IMG/VR virus record: IMGVR_UViG_3300022179_000969
Coordinates: 1 to 24,597 of that record
Direction: 5' to 3' (one strand)
DNA length: 24,597 nucleotides
Origin: a virus
Lineage: Duplodnaviria > Caudoviricetes
The position numbers and the translations under genes are program-made. Numbering within the stretch: the stretch's first letter is position 1; the number at the start of each line of letters is the position of its first letter. Shown here piece after piece: positions 17,032-24,444 of the stretch. The notes under the pieces are model-generated. The model was not told the DNA's origin. It made no database searches and saw only the letters and a program-made list of their open reading frames with translations.

Positions 17032-18435
17032 TCACGTCCAGGCTCCCATGGATACCCGCTCGACCCGGTGCTCTGTGTGCCCCATGGTGCGGCCGAAGAT
17101 GCCGCCTTTGTCGTGGTGCAAGCAGGCGTAGGTCAGCGCGTCGCACATATCACTCGCGGGGTGGCTCTTCTCTGGCTTGCTGTCTGTCTCGCCCTTGGTA
17201 TTGATTTTGTACCGGTACTTGCCGGCCAGCGCAGCTATGAGCTGCGTGCACCGCGGATCAACCAGCAGCGCCGGGTTGCCGTTCACCGTGCGGGTCATGT
17301 ACGACTCCCCCGCCCCGATGCGTGCCGAGATGTTGTTCGTCAGGGCCGCCTTGAGGGCGAACCCCTCGTTCTTGAACATGTCCGCCACGGTCTTCTCGTC
17401 CGCCTGGCCGCGCTGGAACGCCGCCGGGTCGATCACACACGCCACCACGTGGTTCCGGTACTTCGACGCGATCAGCGGTTTGAGTATCTCCCGGATAAAC
17501 CGGAGTGCACCCATGCCGCCCTCGAGCCCCGTCACGGCGTCCAGCACCATGACCCGGCCGTCGTACGTCTGCTGCGTGATCACTGCGGTGGGGTTGAGTC
17601 CGGCGTCCAGGCCGATGACCAGCGTGCTTCCTATGGGCTTGAGCGGCTCCTTGGCCACGTGCACATCCCGGCTGAAACACCGGAACACCGGCATGCCGGC
17701 CAGCGACCGGCCGAACTCGCCGTCGACGTACACCGCGATCCAGTCCTCCGTCTTGCCCTCGCACAGATTCTCGTAGTACCCGTCTGGCAAGTGCTGTACC
17801 CAGTCCGCTTCCGGCGAGCGCCCACTGGGCTGCAGTGTCACGTGCACGTTGCTCGGGGGTGTCGTCAGCAGGGTCTCCCAGAACGTATCCGCATCTGGCG
17901 GGTTGGTGGCCGCCCACACTTTGTGGATCTGCTTGCCATTGTCGTCGCACGCGCCGACCCCGTTCATCGTTTTGTCCGGGTAGCGCCCCAGGCGCCCGGT
18001 GAGCGCGTTGTAAATGTCCGGGTGGATTTCCCGGAACTCGTCCATCATGCCGAACGTCAGCTGCAGAGACAGCAGTCGGCGCACATCGTTGGCATCGTCC
18101 AGCCCGCGGAACAGCACCTCGCACTCCACGTCGTTGAACTTCAGCAGGAACTTCGACTCGGTCTTCATCAGCACCCCGGCCTGGCCGTCTGGGAACCATT
18201 TCAGGAAATCCGGGATCGTTGTATCCCACAACATCTGGCGCGTGTTACGCACTACCGCGCAGCGACTGCGCCTGACCCCATCCCGGCACTTGGCTACTTT
18301 CGCGGCCTCGTAGGCGATCTTCAGGATCGACGCTGTGGTCTTGGTCGACCCTACCGGCCCGACGATAAAGTTGGCAAATTTGTCCGCCGTGAGGAATGCC
18401 TCCGTGCTGGGGACTGGGGTGTAAGCTATGTGCAT
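17032..18435 (-). CDS. terL: Terminase large subunit, 467 aa
   Basis: Walker A GPVGSTKT, Walker B FGMMDE, motif III ATNP, and nuclease acidic residues in IGLDAG and SDMCDALTY. Confidence 0.95.
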   Translation of the reverse strand: MHIAYTPVPSTEAFLTADKFANFIVGPVGSTKTTASILKIAYEAAKVAKCRDGVRRSRCAVVRNTRQMLWDTTIPDFLKWFPDGQAGVLMKTESKFLLKFNDVECEVLFRGLDDANDVRRLLSLQLTFGMMDEFREIHPDIYNALTGRLGRYPDKTMNGVGACDDNGKQIHKVWAATNPPDADTFWETLLTTPPSNVHVTLQPSGRSPEADWVQHLPDGYYENLCEGKTEDWIAVYVDGEFGRSLAGMPVFRCFSRDVHVAKEPLKPIGSTLVIGLDAGLNPTAVITQQTYDGRVMVLDAVTGLEGGMGALRFIREILKPLIASKYRNHVVACVIDPAAFQRGQADEKTVADMFKNEGFALKAALTNNISARIGAGESYMTRTVNGNPALLVDPRCTQLIAALAGKYRYKINTKGETDSKPEKSHPASDMCDALTYACLHHDKGGIFGRTMGHTEHRVERVSMGAWT

Positions 18436-18446
18436 GCGGGTTTTGT

Positions 18447-19280
18447 CTATCCTGGCAAGATCGGGATGGTGATGGTGCCGCTAGCCGATCCCACTGGAAT
18501 GCTAAAGGCCACGCCAGTCTGCGCGGTGTAATCAACTCCTGCGGTTGCGGTTATGTCTGCGGTGTTGACTGTGCCAGATACTCCACCAACGGGTGCGGGT
18601 GCATCCAGAAACACAGTAACAGTAACAGAACCATCAAACTTTGTGCAATCAACGCTCGGCATGGACGCATTGGCCGTCAATGGGGTGAATGTCACCTCCA
18701 TGTAGGGTCGTTGTGACTCAGTAGAGCGTTGTGTGCTGGCAATGTCGAAGTCGCCGCTTTCTACGGTAGCTGTAGCAACCTCAAGAATCAACCAAGGATT
18801 AGAAACAACCCCGTTGATTACATCTTGCACCAGTGCGGTTAATCCTGCTCCGCTGACTGTAAATCGTTGGTTCCCTGTGGATGGGATGGTGCCAGTTGCC
18901 AGAACTGTGTTATCTATGTCTAACGCACCCAAAGCGCCAGCCGTTTGCCAAGGAGTTGCAGCAGCGTAGTTATTCCAGCTTGCGCCCGCCTCAGTGGCTG
19001 ATCTGAGAATCTTTTTGCAGTTGATAAGGCGGTTTGGCGCTGTGACGTTGTTTAATCTAAATAGGCTTATGACAACCGAAGAAACCGATACTGGCCCCGT
19101 GATATTGGATAGTCCGGTGAATTGCAGTAGAGATTTTCGCTCTTGCCCAGCGACCGCAAGAGATACCTGAAAGCGATCAACCGATCCGCTCGTTGCCGTG
19201 GGGTTTGATTGCTGGATAACAGTATCCAGAACACCCGGATATGTGTCTGCGGTACGCCCGCCAATGGTTACAGTTGTCAT
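18447..19280 (-). CDS. DNRLRE/CBM96-like carbohydrate-binding domain plus C-terminally truncated Calx-beta domain, 277 aa
   Basis: DTVIQQSNPT...RKSLLQF...ASWNN...RPYMEVT (DNRLRE-like), then VTVTVFL...TADITATAGVDY...TITIPIL-stop (Calx-beta strands A-E only). Confidence 0.75.
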   Translation of the reverse strand: MTTVTIGGRTADTYPGVLDTVIQQSNPTATSGSVDRFQVSLAVAGQERKSLLQFTGLSNITGPVSVSSVVISLFRLNNVTAPNRLINCKKILRSATEAGASWNNYAAATPWQTAGALGALDIDNTVLATGTIPSTGNQRFTVSGAGLTALVQDVINGVVSNPWLILEVATATVESGDFDIASTQRSTESQRPYMEVTFTPLTANASMPSVDCTKFDGSVTVTVFLDAPAPVGGVSGTVNTADITATAGVDYTAQTGVAFSIPVGSASGTITIPILPG

Positions 19281-21175
19281 ACGTTGATCGCCCCCAAATC
19301 ACGCGCACCCGTCAATAGGTCGCCAAAGAAATCTATGCGCGAACCAACGTCAGCGCCTCCGCTAACCCCATAGACGCTTGGCGTATAGTCTGCATACGCC
19401 GTAGGTGTCGCCGATGCCCAAGGGCGAACGCCGTTAATCTGCGCTGTCGAACTGTTGGACGCCAAGAAGTAGTCGGTGTTTTCTACGCCGGGGCTTGTTC
19501 CGCCATTCGTCAGCAGTGTTGCCTCTGTTCCGTTTGTCGCGCCGTCTGATGTATTGCCGGGTGCATAGATCAGGTTATTGCTGATGCGAACATCAGACGC
19601 CAGCCCAGCGTCCGTGAGTGATACGAAACTGAAATGCGTAGACAGTGCAACGTCCGGTTTATACGCGGTGTTGTTGTAGACCCAAATGCCAACCGATGGT
19701 GGCGAACCTGCCGCATTGCCCCCAAGCCCAAGACCGATGGCGTAGCTGTAGCGAGTGCGGAAAATGTTATGCCGAATACTGGCGTAGTTGGCTACTGCAA
19801 AGTTTGCCGGGTAAAGTTCAGAGCCTGCGCAGTAGTTCCGCTCTGCAATCACGTTTTCAAGATAGCCCAGATGGTTCACTGACTGCGGCCCGCAATACAG
19901 TGCATAACCGCCTCGCTCAGAGTTGTCAACAATGTTGCAGCTCTGATAGACGTCATGTGTAGACTGACCTCCGTTGTCAAATCCAGTTGTAGTCCATTCG
20001 CGCACACTCAGGGCGTTCCGGGTTGGGCCAGCTTTGGCAAACCGACTATGCGAAATGACGCCACTCTTGACGCCTTGGACACGGGCAACGTGCGTTATCG
20101 GTGAGTCGTAGGCGTTCGTGCCGAGAATCGCTAGGCGCGTGGTGCGGGACGGGAATAATCCGATTCCAGGCTCTCGTGCGCCTGTGTCGTCGTACATGCC
20201 CGTAACATCGCACTCGTAAATGCAAAGCCCGGTTACATCCTCAGAGCCAATCCCAATCCGACATGCCAGAACATTAGATCGGGCGATCAGGTGATTGCTG
20301 CCAGCGGTCAACGTAAACGGGTTTTTGTTTGCGCCATATGTTCCGTTGTCATCAAAATCAACGTCATAGATTCGCCAGCCGTTGACAGTGTTCAGCACGC
20401 ATGGCGATGCATCCGTGCTCATGATGAACATGGGGTTCGCGCCGCTGCCGTATTTCGTAAACACACCGCCGTTTGTAGTATTTGGGAAGTTGATCGAGCC
20501 GCCAAGGTTGAACGTGCGTCCTGCCCTCACAAATACACGTTTGTATGTTGCCAGGGCTGTGTTGAAGTTTGCCGCCGTGGTGACTGTAGCGACATTGGCA
20601 CCAACTGGCACCCCGTCAACGCCAGCCACTGGCCCGGTATCGCTCACATAAACCGTATCCGCTGCAAAAACGGTATCCTGCGCTGTGACGGTTATGGTCT
20701 TGCTGATGGTGTCGGTGAACATGACCCCGCTGTCATTCCAGCCAAACACATCCAGAGTGATAGTCTTGGAGCCAGCAGTCCAGTAAACGTGTGCAGATAC
20801 TGGCCCCCAAGCCTCGTTCTTGCTCTCGTTGCCAGCCTCAGTGCCTTGCTGCCATGTGCTTCCGTCCTCGTCACCAAAGCGCCAGCGGTACAGCAGGTTG
20901 TGGAATGGGTAGTTTGTGAGAGTGGTTGCAAGCGTTTCTGAGGCATCACAGTGGACATAGAATGGAGAAACCCCCGTCGCTGACGATGTGCCGTTTACGC
21001 TGAATCTGGGGATGATTGGCGTTGGATAGATCGTCACCGTTGCTGACACGCTCGATGGCGTTGCGCCAGTGATCCCGCTCAGGGTGACGCTAAAGGTTTT
21101 GCTGGATGGCGGTGGCGAAGAACCCCCACCCATGGACGCAATGATGGACGCCAGGAGCGTTTTGTTCAGGCCCAT
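19277..21175 (-). CDS. Putative head-spike/depolymerase-like protein: N-terminal peptide, Calx-beta F-G strands, PKD-like domain, right-handed beta-helix; 632 aa
   Basis: PFYVHCDASET...YRWRFGD...AHVY..AGSKTITL (PKD-like); repeated Asn-ladder strands (IAERNY, IRHNIF, VYNNTAY, ISNNLIY); terminal DLGA. Confidence 0.75.
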   Translation of the reverse strand: MGLNKTLLASIIASMGGGSSPPPSSKTFSVTLSGITGATPSSVSATVTIYPTPIIPRFSVNGTSSATGVSPFYVHCDASETLATTLTNYPFHNLLYRWRFGDEDGSTWQQGTEAGNESKNEAWGPVSAHVYWTAGSKTITLDVFGWNDSGVMFTDTISKTITVTAQDTVFAADTVYVSDTGPVAGVDGVPVGANVATVTTAANFNTALATYKRVFVRAGRTFNLGGSINFPNTTNGGVFTKYGSGANPMFIMSTDASPCVLNTVNGWRIYDVDFDDNGTYGANKNPFTLTAGSNHLIARSNVLACRIGIGSEDVTGLCIYECDVTGMYDDTGAREPGIGLFPSRTTRLAILGTNAYDSPITHVARVQGVKSGVISHSRFAKAGPTRNALSVREWTTTGFDNGGQSTHDVYQSCNIVDNSERGGYALYCGPQSVNHLGYLENVIAERNYCAGSELYPANFAVANYASIRHNIFRTRYSYAIGLGLGGNAAGSPPSVGIWVYNNTAYKPDVALSTHFSFVSLTDAGLASDVRISNNLIYAPGNTSDGATNGTEATLLTNGGTSPGVENTDYFLASNSSTAQINGVRPWASATPTAYADYTPSVYGVSGGADVGSRIDFFGDLLTGARDLGAINV

Positions 21176-21177
21176 GA

Positions 21178-21567
21178 TTACGCCTTGGTACCGACGACGT
21201 CGTAAGTGTCAGCGCCTGTCCTGACAAGCGCACACCAGGGGTTGGTGGCGCCGGTCGTGCGAACATCGGTGACAGTGGCGGTTCCGTCGAAGGTGATGGT
21301 GCCCTTGAACGCGCAGCCGAAGTTGACCTGGAGGCCCGTGTTGACCGTCGCCACCTGGGCCGTCGCACAAAGCAGGCTGTACCCGTCATCGTCGTTGGTC
21401 AGCTCCCGGGACGTGAACGAGGCGTACGACCCACTGTTGGCCCCGATGAACACGTCGCCAGCGTTGCTGCTGAACCCGATGGGCAGGTTGTGTTCGTTGA
21501 TGATGGGGTGCAGATCGCGGCCTTCGCCACGTGCGGCGCCTGCCGGTAGAGTTTGGTATGCGGGCAT
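21178..21567 (-). CDS. Hypothetical, probably virion surface protein, 129 aa
   Basis: AAGGA RBS; the C-terminal beta module ending ALVRTGADTYDVVG resembles fibre-tip domains. Confidence 0.65.
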   Translation of the reverse strand: MPAYQTLPAGAARGEGRDLHPIINEHNLPIGFSSNAGDVFIGANSGSYASFTSRELTNDDDGYSLLCATAQVATVNTGLQVNFGCAFKGTITFDGTATVTDVRTTGATNPWCALVRTGADTYDVVGTKA

Positions 21568-21597
21568 GTGCGTCCTTCGCGGATTACTTCTTCCGAA

Positions 21598-21626
21598 AAT
21601 GTACCATGCCGGCGCGGCCGTGTCCA
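21598..21626 (-). promoter_or_regulatory. Sigma70-like promoter ahead of the spike cassette and terL
   Basis: TGGACA-17 nt-TACATT with an extended -10 TG. Confidence 0.55.
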
Positions 21627-21661
21627 GCTAGGCTACTTCTTGGGCAAAAATTGCCTGGTCG

Positions 21662-21922
21662 TCACGCAGCTACCCCAGAGACGATCTTGTGCATGCCCAC
21701 AGACAGTAGGAGCAAGGCTTCAGCGCCAGGCGACGCAGCTTTACCAAACAGGCCAACTTCGACGGGGCTGCCACCGCAGTCTATCACCCACGCCAGCTGG
21801 TGGGCGTCGCCAAACTCCTTCGCCTCGATCTGGTCGGCCAGTTTACGCAGCGCGTTCGGTATGCTGGTTGTGGCGTGCATCTCGGGAAACTCAACCACTT
21901 TGAGTTGCGGGTGTGGGGTCAT
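21662..21922 (-). CDS. Hypothetical protein, 86 aa
   Basis: ATG 21922 overlaps the terS stop (ATGA); MTPHPQLKVVEFP...IPNALRKLADQIEAKEFG. Start revised from the track's 22336. Confidence 0.7.
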   Translation of the reverse strand: MTPHPQLKVVEFPEMHATTSIPNALRKLADQIEAKEFGDAHQLAWVIDCGGSPVEVGLFGKAASPGAEALLLLSVGMHKIVSGVAA

Positions 21923-22509
21923 TGCGCTTCCTGGTTCTGCAGTTCCCGCAGGAACGATGGGTCGACGAGCGGCGCGTATGAGGGGGCGCCGGGGGTGCGG
22001 GCTGGGGTCGCGTCTTCCACCATCTCCAGGGTGGTCGGTTTGGAGGCTGGGGGTGTGCCCTTGAGCTCCATGCTCTGGCCACCGATGTTGATGGAGATGC
22101 TGAACCCTTCGCCCTGGGCCTGCTGCTTGGACTCCTTGGGCTCGAGCTCGCCCATCTTGGCGAAGTACTGCAGGACGTTCATCTTCTGGGCCAGTGTGGT
22201 CTCGTGCCCCATGGCCTGCACAAACACCTGGTCGGCCAGCTGGTCGGCCATCAACGACGTCTTGTTTCTGAACGTGACACCACTGGCCTCGAACTCGGCT
22301 TTTTGCTTGGCGATGGTGAGCAGGAAGGGCGGCCACTCCTGGAGTTTGGCCCAGCGCTCACCCTCGAATCCGTAGCGGGCAGCGACCACCCCCGGGTCCT
22401 CAAGGCCCATGGCGATTGCGCGAATCATCTCGGGGTCGATGCTGACTTGCGATTTAGGTACGTGACCTACCTCAAGCGGGCTATCGTCCACATCATAGTC
22501 GTGGCTCAT
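21919..22509 (-). CDS. Putative terminase small subunit, 196 aa
   Basis: N-terminal HTH-like segment (IAMGLEDPGVVAARYGF), two long helices, a C-terminal beta strand GFSISINIG, and first position in the packaging module. Confidence 0.7.
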   Translation of the reverse strand: MSHDYDVDDSPLEVGHVPKSQVSIDPEMIRAIAMGLEDPGVVAARYGFEGERWAKLQEWPPFLLTIAKQKAEFEASGVTFRNKTSLMADQLADQVFVQAMGHETTLAQKMNVLQYFAKMGELEPKESKQQAQGEGFSISINIGGQSMELKGTPPASKPTTLEMVEDATPARTPGAPSYAPLVDPSFLRELQNQEAQ

Positions 22510-22517
22510 GGAGCTGG

Positions 22518-22545
22518 AGTGTACGACCAATTTTTACTTTTCCAA
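22518..22545 (-). promoter_or_regulatory. Possible promoter giving a near-leaderless terS mRNA
   Basis: TTGGAA-16 nt-TACACT ending 8 nt before ATG 22509; no Shine-Dalgarno. Confidence 0.4.
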
Positions 22546-22652
22546 AATTTGGGTCGCTTTTTTGGGGTAGGGGAGTCCGATTTTGGTCCGTGGGGGGTAC
22601 GGTACCGTAAGGCTGCGAGCGGGATGGGTGCTATGATTTTGATAGCGGGCGC

Positions 22653-23438
22653 CTACCACCCGAACTTTTCCGCGAGGAGCTTTCTCCAGTTCTTCTGGCG
22701 TTCGATCAGTTCCGCTTTTTTCTGGTCCTGGCTCTTTGCGCGTTCGCCGACCCGCCAGTCCCACCGTACGTCGCGGCACTCGATCGGGACCGACTGGAAC
22801 GCGGCTATAGCCTTTTCTGGGCCAACTAATCTACAAGCAGATGCGAATCGGCCCGCGTTCACGCCCAAATGCTTGGCCCACTGCGCCAGCGTGCGTTGCT
22901 CCCCGTCGACCAGAATCCACACATTGGCACGGGTGTTGTTCATCTGTTCTTCCGCGGTTTGCCACGCACAATTTTGCGGGCGGTACCCGAGGTCGTTGTC
23001 CAGTCGTCCGATGGAATGCGCCGGGCTTGGCTTCTCCCCCATGTCCAGGCAGAACCGGCGAAACCCGTCCAGTGAGCCAAATTTCTCTCCGTTCTCACAC
23101 TTGCCTCGCCAGCGCTCGCAGATCGTGATGCCCCTGCCGCCGTAGTTTTTGTACGCCTTGGAGTTGGGATCGAGGCACCTCATCAGCATACCCCACCAAG
23201 TTGCATGGAGTGGGTGCTTGTAGCCGGCTGCAGCTTTTGCGTCCTGGGCGCGCTTGCGACACGTCGGGCATGGAGCCGCTAACTTTTTTGCGTACTCGTG
23301 CGTCTGGACGAACTCAGTTTTGCATTTGTTGCACTTCAACCGGTAGAAATACTTGTAGCTCCCCCCAGGAGTTCGGTGCACCCGGTCTACCGCAATGGCG
23401 ATGCAGCCTGAAACTTCTTGTCCTATAAAGTTTGACAC
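22653..23438 (-). CDS. HNH-type free-standing (homing) endonuclease with N-terminal Zn finger, 261 aa
   Basis: CNKC...CPTC; WWGMLMRC..PN...YKNYGGRGITICERW; SIGRLDNDLGY.PQNCAW.T..EQMNN; GTG start with AGGAG RBS. Confidence 0.88.
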   Translation of the reverse strand: MSNFIGQEVSGCIAIAVDRVHRTPGGSYKYFYRLKCNKCKTEFVQTHEYAKKLAAPCPTCRKRAQDAKAAAGYKHPLHATWWGMLMRCLDPNSKAYKNYGGRGITICERWRGKCENGEKFGSLDGFRRFCLDMGEKPSPAHSIGRLDNDLGYRPQNCAWQTAEEQMNNTRANVWILVDGEQRTLAQWAKHLGVNAGRFASACRLVGPEKAIAAFQSVPIECRDVRWDWRVGERAKSQDQKKAELIERQKNWRKLLAEKFGW

Positions 23439-23470
23439 TGACTTACTCCTTGCGGTTGGTATAAATATGA

Positions 23471-23499
23471 ATTGTACGTCAGGGATTTAGGTTTGTCGA
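23471..23499 (-). promoter_or_regulatory. Sigma70-like promoter for the HNH gene/late strand
   Basis: TCGACA-17 nt-TACAAT. Confidence 0.65.
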
Positions 23500-23588
23500 G
23501 TGTGGAATAGGTCAGGCCGTGGCCCTCCCCCCACCCCTATGGACGCCTGCCCCCCGTACCCCCGGCAGTCCGATTTTGACAGTGGTAC

Positions 23589-23900
23589 AGGGACGCATCG
23601 CCGCCCTAGTCGCTCATTAACAACTTGCATGGATAGCAGTCAACTAAGCGCCTAAGCCCGTTATGGGCCGCGGGGTAGCAGTCGAGTATGTAACGCCATG
23701 CAGGGAGTGCGCCCCTTAAAAATCTATCAAGGCCCCGTGTGTAGGAATTTCTACGGGCTGTCGTATGCATGGCACCAATAATGCATAGCACGATCAGCCG
23801 ACGTGCGCAAAGTATCGGACGACCCTACAGCCTAACCCCGCAAGGGCAAGGCAACCTGAGCCTGACAAGCCCAGGGGGTTGTAATGTGCATCTGCATTCC
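23589..23900 (+). ncRNA. Candidate structured leader/ncRNA upstream of the early genes
   Basis: No credible ORF; several stems visible by eye (23624-32/23696-704, 23656-68, 23756-99, 23826-32/23877-83, CCC-GCAA-GGG, 23855-75). Confidence 0.45.
23611..23623 (+). promoter_or_regulatory. boxA-like antitermination element
   Basis: CGCTCATTAACAA, one mismatch from the CGCTCTTTAACAA boxA consensus; at the start of the plus-strand region. Confidence 0.6.
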
Positions 23901-23937
23901 GCGGGTTCACATATCCAACCTTCCCGGAGTACACCTC

Positions 23938-24378
23938 ATGACACATCAAGTCGCAATCTTCACTGGCGCATCTCACGCCATCACATTCAACACCAAAAAA
24001 GGCATTGCCTCGATCAGCGCTGAAGGAGCGTTGTTCAAGGGTGGCGCCGCACTGGCTGCGCTCAAAGATGCAGCCCTCGACGCTGCGCTGGGCAAGGCCC
24101 ACGATGGCAAGTACCGTGCAGCCGCTGACATCATTGGCGCCGCATTCCCTTCGACTGCGAAGGCGTTCGACAAAATCATGGGCATCGCCTGGGCCAACAA
24201 GTCCAGCATGAAGTCCTATTTGGCCGCGATTGAGCGCGCCGAAGAACCCGCAAAGGGCTTCAGCAAAAAGCAGGAAAACGCGCTGATCTTGGTGCGCACA
24301 CTGCGCAACACCGTCACATCTCTGGCGGCCGACGTGGAAGCCGCTGAAATCGAATTCCCCGAAATCATCGAAGCCTAA
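23938..24378 (+). CDS. First early gene, hypothetical Ala/Lys-rich helical protein, 146 aa
   Basis: ATG 23938 with GGAG RBS (start revised from the track); opposite strand to the late genes. Confidence 0.8.
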   Translation: MTHQVAIFTGASHAITFNTKKGIASISAEGALFKGGAALAALKDAALDAALGKAHDGKYRAAADIIGAAFPSTAKAFDKIMGIAWANKSSMKSYLAAIERAEEPAKGFSKKQENALILVRTLRNTVTSLAADVEAAEIEFPEIIEA

Positions 24379-24391
24379 GGGTTAACCCTTA
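24376..24391. promoter_or_regulatory. Perfect 16-bp palindrome, candidate operator
   Basis: TAAGGGTTAACCCTTA overlapping the stop codon of the first early gene. Confidence 0.55.
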
Positions 24392-24444
24392 TCCCTGCCG
24401 GGTGACAGTCGGCATGGCTGAGAGCAACCAACTGGAGTTACATC

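Noticed and set aside
18447-21175. Simple pseudogene or frameshift explanation for the split Calx-beta domain
   Set aside because: The halves are in reversed order and about 2.3 kb apart; both ORFs are intact and coupled by an ATGA overlap at 19277-19280.
21923-22336. N-terminal extension of the 224-aa ORF overlapping terS
   Set aside because: It is out-of-frame overlap with terS; the real start is most likely the coupled ATG at 21922.
22653-23438. HK97 gp74-type terminase-accessory HNH, or an intron-encoded endonuclease
   Set aside because: Size and the YGGRGI motif fit free-standing homing endonucleases; no interrupted gene or intron core is seen.
23576-23604. Plus-strand sigma70 promoter at TTGACA (23576-23581)
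   Set aside because: The -35 is perfect but there is no acceptable -10 at 16-18 nt spacing, so the early promoter was not called.
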